Shown: piece after piece, positions 51,592 to 64,000 of the stretch
Numbering within the stretch: the stretch's first letter is position 1
Layout: each line of letters begins with the position of its first letter
NCBI RefSeq assembly: GCF_006345805.1
Contig: NC_043014.1
Coordinates: 1,364,001 to 1,428,000, forward strand
From: Octopus sinensis
Lineage: Eukaryota
DNA: 64,000 nucleotides
Reading direction: 5' to 3'
The notes under the pieces: model-generated
The model's database searches: none
What the model was told of the DNA's origin: nothing
Seen by the model: only the letters and a program-made list of their open reading frames with translations
Made by a program: the position numbers and the translations under genes

Positions 51592-52135
51592 TCATCATCA
51601 TCGTCATTCAACGTCCGCTTTCCATGCTGGCATGGGTTGGACAGCTTGACTGAGGATTGGCAAACCAGAAGGCTGCACCAGGGTCCAATATGATCTGGCA
51701 AAGTTTCTACAACTGGAGACCCTTCCTAACGCCAACCACTCTGAGAGTGTAGTGGGTACTTTTACATGCCACTGGTACGAGGGCTAGTCAGGTGGTACTG
51801 GCAATGACCATGCTCAAAAGGTGTTTTTTTATGTGCCACCAGCATGGGAGCCAGTCAGTGGTCCTGGCAACGATCACGCTCGGATGATACTTTTAACGTT
51901 CTACTGGCATCGTAGTCGTGGTAGATACTGGTGTCACACAAGTGGCACCTGTGCCAGTGACACGTAAAAGCACTCATTACACCCTGTAAAGTGGTTGGCG
52001 TTAGGAAGGGCATCCAGCTGTAGAAACCATGCCAAAGCTAACTGGAGTTTGGTGCAGCCCCTCAGCTTACTAGCCCCGGTCAAACCGTCCAACCCATGCC
52101 AGCATGGACAACAGACGTTAAATGATGATAATGAA
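51592..52135. mobile_element. Two RTE 3'-end fragments in inverted orientation (51592-51905 minus, 51945-52135 plus)
   Basis: Both carry CCAACCCATGC(C/T)AGCATGG and the (TGA)n tail, pointing outwards. Confidence 0.8.
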
Positions 52136-53233
52136 AGGATGACTAACTTTGAAAAAGAAAAATATTTATTACTGTAAAATAAAAATTAAACAAGATTCAA
52201 ACAGAAAATTAAAGACAAATATTCCGTGTGTTGTTTTTATATTGTGGAAGTTTACGCCTACACACACCCTCCCTCTTTTTCTCTCCTCTTTGTCTCTGTG
52301 ACTCTTCCTTTCTCATCTATGTACTTTATCGAAGTTTTGAGGTGAATGCTTTGCATTAATAGGTCGGATATAAACTACGGCATATACTGATAATGGGTGC
52401 ACAGTTACACAAACATGAATACGTGCACGCATATACAGGAGAGAGAGAAAGAAAGTGAAGAGGTTGTACATAGAGAAAACATAAAAAACGACGAAGTTAG
52501 CAAGGGAAATAAATCTTACAAAACAAAATATTCTATAATTTCTGGAAGAGTTATTTCCCTTAGACACACGCACGCACGCGCACACACCCAGTGTTGGCCT
52601 GGCATGCAAGCCTCTCTCTCTCTCGTCATGACACCAGTGTTGTCAGAGGCGATGCTGCAAGAACTCAAAGAGCTGAAATAGACACCATAGGTTCTTATTC
52701 CGTACCATTTCATGAGATGGAAGCACCAAGAATGAAAAAAAAATCCAGTAAATGGAGACAAAGACCCAATAAATTTACCTGCTTTTGTATTTCCCTTCTC
52801 CGCTAATCCCTTAACCTAAAGATTATCATCTTTGTTCAGACTATATAATCCGTATTTCATTGACAGTGTGGCCATAACTTTATAGATTCCTCCAGTTATG
52901 AATAACCAAAATTCTTCATTAATCTGTAAGTAATGATGAAGAGAACAAGACATTCTCTAACAGGAAACCTACCCTGAAAGCTTGCAACAGAATGAACCCC
53001 ACAAAAGTTACCCACCCATAGGTGTGTGTAGGGGACTGAACCAGGCAACAGATTTTGTTTTTCACCCAGGAAGGCCATGCCTGGCTTTCAATTCAGAACA
53101 CAAAGACATGGAACATATACCATATGGTATCCAAGCCAACGTTTTTAGTTCCACCATTCCACATCTCTTGATTGGTACTTCAAACGAACCTAAGGATAAA
53201 CAAGGGAAGCAGAAAAGGTAATTAGTGACTTAC

Positions 53234-53353
53234 CTGTAAAAGTAAACATCAAACTTTCCGGCGCTTTTTCCATTTGTTCTTTGGACAACGCATCGTCTCC
53301 ATCCAGTAGGTAGGTTGCGGGTACTGATGGGGTAGTTCTTGTTTTCTGTACCA
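53234..53353 (-). CDS. MBD4: MBD4 exon (N-terminal half of the methyl-CpG-binding domain); first exon visible in the window
   Basis: tgttacag|T...TAC AG|gtaagt. Translates (x)[39 protein letters not shown](S), matching the MBD consensus LPxGW...QR..GKSAGK(F/Y)DVY. The phase-2 end joins the 51531 exon in frame. The upstream exon with the ATG was not identified. Confidence 0.95.
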
Positions 53354-54431
53354 CTGTAACAACAAAAGACAGACGTGTGTCATCACAAACAACTAAAAGA
53401 ATACAGTTATATTGATATTTAATATGGGTGTGTCTGTGTGGTAAGAAGCTTGCTCCCCAACCACATGGTTCTGGGTTCAGTCCCACCTTGGGCAAGTGTC
53501 TTCTTTAACCTCAGGAAGTAGATGGAAACTGTGGGGAAACCCATCATGCGTGTGTCTTTATGTCTATCACCAGCATCAGTTTTTTTTTGAGGGGTGGGGA
53601 GGTTATGTCCCCATAACTTAACAGTTCAGTAAAAGAGACCAATAAAGTACTGAAAAATGAAGTACTGGGGTGAATTTATTCATGGCAGTGCTCCAGCATG
53701 GCCACAGTCCAATGACTGAAAGAAGTAAAACCTAAACGATATACATATACCATGGTCAGTTCATTTTCCAACCCATGCAGCTTGGGTTCAAGCCCACTCC
53801 TTGGACTATTGAACAACGAATACTTTGGCCCAGGGTTGACCAGTGCCTTGTGAGTGAAGTTTTGTAAATGGAAACTGAAAGGAAGCCCATCGCAAGGACC
53901 ACTTAAGCAATGGTGACGTTTGTGTTCTGCATGAATGACCCAGTGCGGAATAAAGTTTTAGGTTTTATCTTTGACTTGTTGCAGTCATTAAACTGTGGCC
54001 ATGCTGGGGCACCACCTCGAAAAATCTTTAGTCGAATGACTCGACCCCCACCCCCACCTTTATTTATTCTTTTTGTCTCTTTTGCTGAATCCCTATTATG
54101 AAAAAAAAAAAAAGGGTTGGCACCAGGAAAAGCATCACACATACCCAGACATATTCATACATGAGTGCAGTTAAGGAATTTTCACCCCAGTCGCAGGGTC
54201 CCAGGTTCAGTCCCACCGGTGCTGTTTATTTACAATATTCCATGAACACCTGTCTGGCCATTGAGCTTTTCATATTTAAAGAACTAAGGGAAAATATTTC
54301 TTTTCTTGGAAACAGAAGAGGGGTTGGCAACATTGTTCTTCATCCGATCCACGGAAGCAGAGGAAAGCAGATGTCAAAGTAAATATGGGAATATATCGGG
54401 AATTCAGAGAAGTTATTTCTCATACTCCCTT

Positions 54432-54622
54432 TTTACTTGTTTCAGTCATCTGACTGCAGCCATGCTGGAGCACCGCCTTTAATTGAGCAACTCGACCCCG
54501 GGACTTATTCTTTTTGTAAGCCCAGTACTTATTCTATCGGTCTCTTTTGCCGAACCGCTAAGTAATGGGGACATAAACACACCAGCATCGGTTGTCAAGC
54601 AATGCTAGGGGGACAAACACAG

Positions 54623-54677
<55 letters not shown>

Positions 54678-54850
54678 CATATATACGACGGGCTTCTTTC
54701 AGTTTCCGTCTACCAAATCCACTCACAAGGCTTTGGTCGGCCCGAGGCTATAGTAGAGGACACTTGCCCAAGGTGCCACGCAGTGGGACTGGACCCGGAA
54801 CCATGTGGTTGGTAAACAAGCTACTTACCACACAGCCACTCCTGCGCCTA
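54432..54850 (-). mobile_element. SINE family A, full length
   Basis: Reverse complement of the complete head and tail; well preserved. Confidence 0.9.
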
Positions 54851-56257
54851 TGGAAAAATCAACCAACATTAATATTCTGAAATAAACATGAGATATTCTA
54901 TGGTGTGACATCGCAGGCAATTGGAACTGTAAGAATTGATTTCCAACACCATCACCTCAACATCATTACCACCAATACCACGACCACCACCACCCACATC
55001 ACTTGTTGGCAACTATGTCTTAATGTCAGCTTTTTCCAGACTACAAATGGATTGGACAAAAAAAGAAAAAAAAAATGAATTACAAGTGATAATTAGCTTA
55101 ATTCTAGCTATTAATGAATTATTGATGGTTTTATATATATGTGTGTGTGTGGCTAAAGGACATGGCTATGAAAAAAACGGTACCAAGAGACAGCTGCAAT
55201 GAGAGAGAGAGGATGGAGGGCAGGGTGGGTGGGTGGGTGAGATGTCCATTTCTTTCTAGCAACCCTGGAACCATCTCATCTATTAGCCATTCTACCTCCA
55301 TTAATATTTTCTCCCCCTCTCTTTGCATTGAACCACCAATTATCTTTCCTCATACACTACACCTGCCCCCTTCTCCCCCACCCCACCATCTGTAGCCTCC
55401 CCAACCACATGTCACACCCCGCTCCTCTCTCTCATGTCCTCCTCCTGTCAACTAGGTCCTCATTCTGATCCTGCAACTGTCTCTTTCACATCCCTCTACC
55501 TGCACCGACTTATGCATCACTGGTCAGTTCCACCCCTTTTCCACCCTTTAACCCCACCCATCTTTACAGTTGTTGCCTACCACTCATTCCCTATCCCACT
55601 TACCCAACTCTTGCTTGCCCTATATATTCTCTCAAGCCCAAACCCATCCATACCCCTAATTCCTCATTTCCCATTTATTTCTACTCAATCTGTACCTTCA
55701 GGGGCCACCCAGACACCTCGTCACCTCCAGCCGTTTCCAGTCTCACCCAATCCTTCTCACCTCCCCCTCTTCTAAATGTAAATAACTCCTCTTACTACAG
55801 CCATCTGCTCTGCTCTGCTCTATTGTCTCATAATTTAACCCCTCGTCTCCAAGCATATGGCCGACACCCAACCCTCAGGTCTGTAGTCTTGTAAGCCACA
55901 GGGCAACCTTACTACTGTCAATGGCATGCAAAAGCACCCAGTACCCTCTGTTAAGTGGTTGATGTCAGAAAGGGTATCAAGCTGTAGAAACCGCATCGAA
56001 TTATATGTCGGAGCAGGACACAGTCATTGGACCCATCAGATCCAGTCAAACCATCCAACCCATGATGCCAGCAGGGAACACAGACATTAAACTATATATA
56101 TATATACATACATGTACAATGTACGTTTTTATTATTATTTTGCAATTTATTTAATCATCAGTATATTATTGTTATTTTATTTTTTATATTTCTATTATAT
56201 GTAATTTTCTAGATGGTGTAATTTAATTTGTTCATTTTGAATTAATAAAAGGTGTTT

Positions 56258-56299
<42 letters not shown>

Positions 56300-56362
56300 G
56301 GTATGTAGAAAAATACAACATGGACAAGAACGTATAACTCAAGAAGACGATACAATAAGACG

Positions 56363-56402
<40 letters not shown>

Positions 56403-56478
56403 ATCTTTTACTTGTTTCGGTCATCAGGCTGTGGTCATGCTGGGGCACCACCTTCATAACATTTATCCCCAATATACA

Positions 56479-56546
56479 CCTGCTCACCTCCAACCCCTGC
56501 TCACCTCCAACCCCTGCTCACCTCCAACCCCTGCTCACCTCCATCC
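56479..56546. repeat. 17-bp tandem repeat, 4 units
   Basis: (CCTGCTCACCTCCAACC)x3 plus one variant unit. Confidence 0.9.
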
Positions 56547-56619
56547 CTTACTCTCCTCCCTTCCTACCCCGTCTCCAAGCTCTCTCTTGGACATACCATC
56601 CAGAGGATATATTCTAGGT

Positions 56620-56788
56620 CAGTGGTTCCCAACAGTAGTTCCCACCCCTTTTATTTAAATGAGTTTTCCCATGGACCCCTTTTAATATGCTTATGTATAC
56701 ACATGAAATTTTGAGTTTAGTTCATGGACCCCCAGTACCACCTTTGTGGACCCCCAGGGGTCCATGGACGCCAGATTGGGAACCACTG
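56620..56788. mobile_element. hAT (Charlie-like) MITE
   Basis: TIRs CAGTGGTTCCCAA / TTGGGAACCACTG. 8-bp TSD TTCTAGGT / TTCTAGGA, resembling the Charlie target consensus NTCTAGAN. Confidence 0.85.
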
Positions 56789-57924
56789 TTCTAGGACCAC
56801 ATCTCCACCATATTTACCTTTCTTACCGGCACCACTCCACCCACATTAAATGCAAAGTAACCATGAAACTCCCCCAAGGCAACAAACCTGTTCCCCTTTT
56901 CCCCATTATACTTTAAACTCTCAGATTCTCACATAAAAGCAACCACTCAACCTTCTATTCCGTCCTTCAGTTAAGGAACCTCTTTAGACGACCTAACCTC
57001 ACAAGTATTAGCACCGAGCAGCCAGTACTTTTTGTAAAGTAGTTGGGGGCTAGAAAGGGGAGATAATTTTGAAACTGAGACAGTGGAGCAGGAAACGGAT
57101 TTATGTTGAATCATGCACCTTGTACCGTGGCAGCAGAGAAAACGGATGTAAAAATAAAAGACAATATATGCCAGAATGTATAACACACACACTTAGTACA
57201 GAGAGTCATTTCTAGGATGGATATATATTATATATAAACACACATAAAGAACATTTATATAAGTAGCTATATCCTGGTAGTAGTATAATTGACGGCGCAG
57301 CATGACGTGTCCATATAATAGTGTTTGCATGCCTTGGTTCTGGCTAAAGAAGGTACAACTAAATAAAACATAATTCCACTAAGGGAAGTAACTCAAAGAT
57401 GCCCATAGTATGAAATGAAAGAAATCAAGTATGGATACCCATAAACAGTGACTAACACATGCATACACGCAGAAACTATTAAAGATTCAAAATTCTCATT
57501 TCAATCAAAGAATACCAAAACAAAGAAGCATTCATTTGTGACTCACAAAAGAAAAACAAGGAAACAATGAAAGGAATTTCATTCTGATGCTTAATGAGGA
57601 AATTGTGTCATCGCTAATAAGGGTGCTGACAGCAATTGAGCATCAACCAGGCTGGCTCAGTTGGGGCTGACCCAGGGCTAAACAGCAATACTTTTTTTTT
57701 ATAAAACTTTTATCTTTTTACTTGTTTCAGTCATTAGATTGCTGCCATGCTGGAGCACTGCCTTGAAAAATTCTTAGTTGAATGGATTGACCACAGGACT
57801 TATGTTTTTTTAAAAGCCTGGTACTTTTACCAAGCTGCTAAGTGACAGGAATGTAAACACACCAACACCAGTTGACAAGTGCAGGTGGAGAACACACACA
57901 CTATATATATATATATATATATCA

Positions 57925-58386
57925 TGTGATCACGTGACCGACCAGGCTATCAGATGTTGCTACACATCGCTGGTCACAATGCGCTTTGCATTGTTTTAGC
58001 TAAGCAAGCAGGCCAACAGAAGAAAGAGTGGGAGAAAGTAGCGGCGAAAGAGTACATCAGGGATCACCACCACCCCCTGCCGGAGCCTCGTGGGGCTTTA
58101 GGTGTTTTCGCTCAATAAACACTCACAATGCCCGGTTTGGGAATCGAAACTGCGATCCTACAACTATGAGTCCGCTGCCCTAACCACTGGGCCATTGCGC
58201 CTCCACACACACATATATATATTACGACAGGCTTCTTTCAGTTTCCATCTACCAAATCCACTCACAAGGCTTTGGTTGACCTGAGGCTATAGCAGAAAAC
58301 ACTTACCCAAGGTGCCACGCAGTGGGACTGAACCCAAAACGAAGTGGTTGGGAAACAAACTCCTTACTACGCAGCCATGCCTGCAC
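57925..58386 (-). mobile_element. Adjacent SINEs: family C-like (57925-58207) and family A head (58222-58386)
   Basis: Reverse complements of tRNA-like heads with A and B boxes. Confidence 0.75.
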
Positions 58387-59769
58387 CTATGTATATTGAT
58401 GCAGATTGTCAATGATGATGAAGAAGAGGGTGGGAGGGAGGGAGGGAGAAGTGAAAATGCCTTCCTTTCTAATATAATTGTTGTTGTTGCCGTTGTAGTG
58501 AAAGGACACAATAATTACAAGACAAAATAGCTACACACATGCAGACACATACACGGTTATTCAATGATATATATATATATATATATATATTATATAGCAC
58601 TAACATGTATACATGCAATCACACACACACACACATAATACACAATGACAAGTACAAAAGGACACATACATAAAATGACATGTACAACAAGCGCATACAC
58701 ACAGATACATGCACACACACACACACATATACATTCACCAACACATACAATGACATACACGCATGTACACAAAGATAAACACAGATATATAATGATGCAC
58801 ACACACACACACAGAAACTACAGCAGAGAGACTAAAAGTCTCAGAATGACATCATCTCACTTCAGCTGATATTGGCAACTTAATGTTGCTGTTGTTGTTG
58901 CAACCGTCACCACCACCACCACCACTACCACCACCACTGCTACTACTATTGTATTAGTCATATGACTAATTCCACACACACACAAATCATCAGAAAATGA
59001 AATTGCCTTCTCACAAATTACTATTCTAATGCCTTTTAGACTGTGGCCTTGCTGGGGCAATTCCCTTTCAGGGTGTTGGCCAAACAGACTGACCATAGAG
59101 TATACTTCTTTTTTTTTTTTTTTAATCAGGAACTCCTTTACTGGACTGCTAAGTTATAAGGGATGTAATGAAACCAACACAGATATTGTATTTATTGTGG
59201 TTGCTGTTTAACCCTGGGTAAGACTTGGTAAAGCAGACTTGTAATCAACCACCTTATTTTGTCTGTTGCTATTTAACCCAGAGTCGGACCTAATAAGGCA
59301 AATCTATGATCAACAATAATACCTTGTTATTGTTTAGCCTCAGTTTCCAGCCATGGCAATCCCAACTTTTTTTTTTTTTATTCAAACACAATACATCTAA
59401 GGCACTGGGTCCCTAACCATTCCACCGCCCCGTTTTTCTACTGAAATGAATTTTCCCACAGACCCCAGTTTTTGAAAGTTTTGTCTTCTCAAAAAACTGA
59501 TTACATTAACTGACAAACTCGTTTGCCCAGTTACATCTCACAATTAAAAATTAGAAATAACCCAATAATTAGGCATGTGTGTAATGGAATAATAATTATC
59601 TATGTGACAGAGTAATTAATTATCCATTTTATAGGGCACCTCATTTAAAATTTTGAACATAGCTCATGGTCTCCACCCAGTATTCCCTTTGGGGAATTCC
59701 AGATAGGGAACAGTTTATCTAGGACTACATTATTCAGTGTAACCTTTTTTATTTTCTCCTTTGGTTGGA

Positions 59770-59960
59770 CGGATTTATTTGAAGAAATAGCAAAAACGAA
59801 GTGGAGGTGGTCATGTCAGTTTCGATAGGAGAATAGGATAAGAGAATGGTAAATGGATGAGAAGAACAATGGAATGGATTCCACAAAAAGAACTGAGAAA
59901 GGAGGAGGGGGAGGAGATGGAGGAATGACACTGAAGAACATGTTAAGGTGATGAAGTGAG
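59770..59960 (+). mobile_element. Old RTE thumb fragment
   Basis: Frameshifted KTKWRW.GHV...KWMRRTMEWIPQKE resembles RTE KWRWAGHV..RW...TEWxP. Confidence 0.5.
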
Positions 59961-60424
59961 ACAGGAAACTGGTTTGGACCAGAATGACAGTGGACAGGAA
60001 GTGAAAGAGGAATATGGTGAACAGCCACCATCATCATTCTAAAGTCTCCTTTCCAAACTTTTCATGGATCAGAGGAGACGTTGGAGCAGAGTTGTCTATG
60101 GTTGGATACCTGGGCTGACAGCAACCTACATCTTTTTCCAAGCAATGTAATAATATATCAAAGATTTAACGACCCAGATAGAATTATATGGAGAACTGGA
60201 AAGAAACAACACTGACTGAATGAGCCTTTTTTCTTTTTCTGTAGTTGTTTTTGTTTTTGTTTTCCTAGACAAATCACACACAATATGTGAAGACACCCCT
60301 ACAGGCTTTTACAGTGGACTTTAAGAAATTGACACCATCAGGAGAGAGAGAGTTTGTTGTTTGCAGTCAATGAACACTCATGAAGAGGAAGGGAAAGATG
60401 AATGAACTCGTACATATATATATC

Positions 60425-60680
60425 TGGCCCCCATGCCGGTGGCACGTAAAAAGCACCATCCGTCCGTGGCCGTTTGCCAGCCCCGTCTAGCACCTGTGCC
60501 GGTGGCACGTAAAAAGCACCCACTACACTCATGGAGTGGTTGGCGTTAGGAAGGGCATCCAGCCATAGAAACACTGCCAGATCAGACTGGGCCTGGTGCA
60601 GCCTTCTGGCTTCACAGACCCCAGTTGAACCATCCAACCCATGATAGCATGGAAAGCGGATGCCGCTATATGATGATGAT
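60425..60680 (+). mobile_element. RTE 3'-end fragment
   Basis: Matches the RTE 3' UTR and (TGA)n tail. Confidence 0.8.
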
Positions 60681-60949
60681 GATATATATATATATATATA
60701 TATCTCCATGCTTGCAGGAGTGAGACCAGATTTTTTTGAGGTAGATTTTCTATAACTGGATACTCTTCCAGTCACCAAGCCTCACCTGTTTCCAAGCAAC
60801 GTAATATCTCCCCCCCCCTGAGGCCAAACATGTTTTCACAGAGGACTGGAGACAAACAATATTGCTTGCCTGAGAATGATGCTCAGCTACAACCATCATC
60901 ATCATCATCCAGTATTTTTTAAATCCAGGTTTTGTCCCCATTAACAAGA

Positions 60950-61240
60950 GTGGCCGGATCTACCTCAATGCCATAGCATCCCCCCTTCTCAATCCAACCC
61001 TCCCAATCTCCTCTGCCACCTGTCCCCTCCATGTTTTCCTTGGTCTACCTCGCTTTCGCTGTCCATTTTACCTCAAACTCTAGCACCCTCTTCAGAACAT
61101 GAGCCTCACCCCTCCTCAACACATGTCCATACCACCACACTCCATTCACCCTTACCAGCCATTCTACCAATTCCACCAACCCCAGCATCCCCATCAAGTC
61201 CTCAGCCCTCCTCTTATCAAACATCAAAATGCCAAAATAA
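60950..61240 (-). mobile_element. RTE-type thumb fragment of another family
   Basis: DKRRAEDLMGMLGL..VEWLVRVNGVWWYGHVLRRGEAHVLKRVLEFEV. Confidence 0.7.
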
Positions 61241-61719
61241 GGGAACACACACATACACGACAGGTTTCTTCCAATTTCGATCTACCAAATCCACTCACAA
61301 AACTTTGGTTAGCCTAGAGTTATAGTAGAAATCATTAACCCAAGAGGTGCCACACGGTGGCACTGAACCTGATACCACATGTGTTGGGAAGCAGAACTGC
61401 AATTCTTTCTCTGTGTAAGCTTTATCCCAGACACCCTTACCAATACCCCACCCTTGTGTCCTGAGAATTAAAAATGTTTCACTCTTCATGACTTCCTAGT
61501 TAAAGGGTGACTCATAGCAAAAGATAAATTGGTCACATGGTTGAACATTCAAAAAGGAGTTGCAGAGACATCAGATACGTTTGACTCATCAATGTTGTTG
61601 CTTAAACCAAAGTCGGCACCGATTCCACAGACCTACGATCACAGGTGCCCTGACCATCCAGGAGGTTCTTCAACTAACAGATATCAGTACCTGCCCACCA
61701 AATAATGGTTTCAAATCTT

Positions 61720-61915
61720 AGCACAAGGCCAGCAATTTCAGAGTGGGGGGAGTCGATTAACCCCCCACCGACTCAAATAGTACTTATTTAATTGACTCCG
61801 AAAGGCCAAAAGGCAAAGTCGACCTTGGCAGCATTTGATCTCAGAAGATGAAGACAGACAAAATACTGCTAAGCATTTTGCCTGGCGTCCTAACCATTCA
61901 GCCAACGTGCCACCC
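61720..61915 (-). mobile_element. SINE family B, CpG-decayed
   Basis: AAAGGCAAAGTCGACCTTGGCAGCATTTGATCTCAG matches family B. Confidence 0.65.
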
Positions 61916-63235
61916 CTCCACCCCTAAATATTAATCAGAGTTTCCATTGCCACTCTCTCTCTCTCTCTTTTTCTCTATTAATGAGATGACAAAATAAGGT
62001 TTTTCTCTGTCCATCTTTTATTGGTCGTTTGTTTCAGCCTTGAGACTGTGGGATCTAGTCAAAGACAGGGATTCATTCTGTTGGTCTCTTTTGCTAAACT
62101 GCTAAGTTGCAGGGGCATAAACAAAACAACAATGGTTGTCAAAGAGTGGGGGAGGGAGGACAACAACTAAGAAACACACACAGAAATACAAAAGGTTTCC
62201 ACACAGTCTCCATCTACAGAATTCACTCACAAAACCTTGATCAGTTCAGGTCTGTAGAAGACAACAATTGCTCTAGGTACCATGCAATTGAACTATGAAA
62301 AATGTCAGAGAAAGAAACCTGGCTGTTTCTTGCAATACATACAATCTAAAGCAAAATCTTTTCAGGGGCCCTAATGTGGATCCCCAATTTATTATTTTGT
62401 TACGTGAACCCCCCAAAACCTCATATGGCCCTTCTGGGGCCATATAGACCCTCGATGAGAATCACTGAACATGACAGTAACCCCACTTGTGTGTCCAGTT
62501 TTAAAATACAAAGGTTATGATCTGGAGGGGATCTGGCAGCTATTTCTAGCCAGTCAAACTACCATGTAGGGATTTCAGCCAGGCTTCTCTCCTCTAACAC
62601 CTCCACATAAAGAGAGACAGGGAGAGGGGGTGAGTATATGACTGCTTGATTTGCTAGAAACAGCAGTCATGTGATCCTCAGTTTAAATACAACCCTGCTG
62701 AAAAAAAAAAAAGGATTACAGTACACAATGAAGCATTAGGCTCAAAACTAGAGGTGGGATGGTCCCAGATGGAAACATCTGGCCAAGGCAGAGCTGAAAT
62801 TAACAACAAAAACAAGATTCACAGTCCAACTAAGGAGTGGTCAGGTTTCAACAATCATGACCTCTCTGATGGATAAGGGAATGCTTAGTACTGACCTCTT
62901 TTGTTAAGGGTCAGTGAATAGAGAGAGATAGGGGATGCACTCAGGTTTCTGGCTGGTGATTGGGGAGGGAAACGGGGGGGGGAGATTAAGTTGGGATGTA
63001 GACATGTGAGGGAAAAGTGGGGGGACAGAGAAAGAGAGAATGTGTAAGCCAGGCTAACATTTTACAGTTACTAAGTACCAACCCTATTAGGTACACACAA
63101 TAGATTTCCTGTGGGGTTAAACTTCTTACGGGTGGAGGGGGATCCTTGGCTTAATGGTAGTCTACTTGTATATATTACACCATACATTAGTATTGCTTGA
63201 TTGGGATCTTTTAGAAAAGATCCCTTGATTGTCCT

Positions 63236-63368
63236 AGCGTGGAAGGTGTTTATAAGCCATTTAAGAAACACACAAAAACTTAGATTCACTTCAAAGCGAC
63301 GAAAATATTTTGACAAATTAAATTTAATTTGTGTGTTTCTTAAATGGCTTACAAACACCTTCCACGCT
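63236..63368. mobile_element. Small fold-back element/MITE with 41-bp arms
   Basis: AGCGTGGAAGGTGTTT(A/G)TAAGCCATTTAAGAAACACACAAA at 63236-63276 and its reverse complement at 63328-63368, with one mismatch. Confidence 0.75.
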
Positions 63369-63574
63369 GCAATTGTTTTCGTTCCAGCACACGATCTCAG
63401 ATCAGGTCACTTGCTATGCAAGTACATCTCCGTAACACACATAAGTTTTGAGATTTATCTCACTGCATTCGAGATACAAGAGACAGTCATAAACGCTGTC
63501 GTGTTGTGCAACCTCACGATGGACATAAAAAGACGGATCGACTGGCAGCGGAGACTTATTTCGTTTATATTACG

Positions 63575-63895
63575 TAAGCTTGCTTTCCAACCGAATGGTT
63601 CCCAGTTCAGTCCCACTGCATGGTATCTTGGACATATTCTCCTACAGCCCAACACTGCGAAAGTGCCACCTTGTGAGTAGATTTGGTAGGTGCAAACTGA
63701 AAGGAGTCCGTCGTATACTGCTTGAAAACCAGTGTTGGTTCGTTGACGTCCCTGTAACTTTGTGGTTCAGCAAAGAGACTGCTAGAAGATGTACTAGGCT
63801 TAGAAAAATGATGTACAGGGGTGGATTTGTTAGACTAAACCCTTCAAGGTGGTGCCCCAGCATGGCCGCAGTCTAATGACTGAAACGAGATGAAC
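63575..63895 (+). mobile_element. SINE family A variant, decayed
   Basis: Head and tail are recognisable. Confidence 0.7.
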
Positions 63896-64000
63896 GATAA
63901 AGATAACCAAATATTCTACATTTTAGACTTCCAGTGAAATTGTATTTAAAACTATTGGTGGTACGTTTAAAATGACTCTCCCCAGACACAACAGAATATG

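Noticed and set aside
52779-52815. 37-nt candidate mini-exon (ttag|GTT...GCAG|gtaaat) with a GNTKAGKF look-alike
   Set aside because: It would frameshift the MBD, and the 53234 and 51531 exons already join into a complete MBD.
53354-64000. Search for the first coding exon of MBD4 (needs a phase-2 donor)
   Set aside because: No convincing candidate was found; the donor-like sites at ~58860 and ~63130 lack supporting frame or homology. The exon probably lies outside the window.

Overview
Eukaryotic, microsatellite- and TE-saturated window with the repeat content of an octopod (Octopus sp.) genome. It has tRNA-derived SINEs, RTE-type LINEs with (TGA)n tails, CR1/L2, Penelope-like, R2/NeSL-type and mariner relics, and a 100-N gap at 11755-11854. 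The only host gene I can support is MBD4 (the invertebrate MBD4/MeCP2-type gene) on the minus strand. Six GT-AG exons (53353-53234, 51531-50531, 40023-39811, 39077-38928, 35895-35792, 33558-33484) splice in frame into an MBD, a linker and an HhH-GPD glycosylase (at least 554 aa). The first coding exon was not found and probably lies beyond base 64000. The most interesting structures are: (i) an inverted pair of ~1.5-kb RTE LINEs that loops out exactly the catalytic glycosylase exon, plus inverted SINE pairs around the other exon blocks; (ii) a back-to-back pair of minimal hammerhead-ribozyme motifs ~400-500 nt downstream of the MBD4 stop, next to an AATAAA; (iii) a visible CpG-decay contrast between intergenic and intragenic repeats; (iv) several templated-duplication and fold-back scars. 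Most ORFs in the track are microsatellite artefacts. Repeat boundaries were read by eye and are approximate unless a TSD or TIR is quoted.
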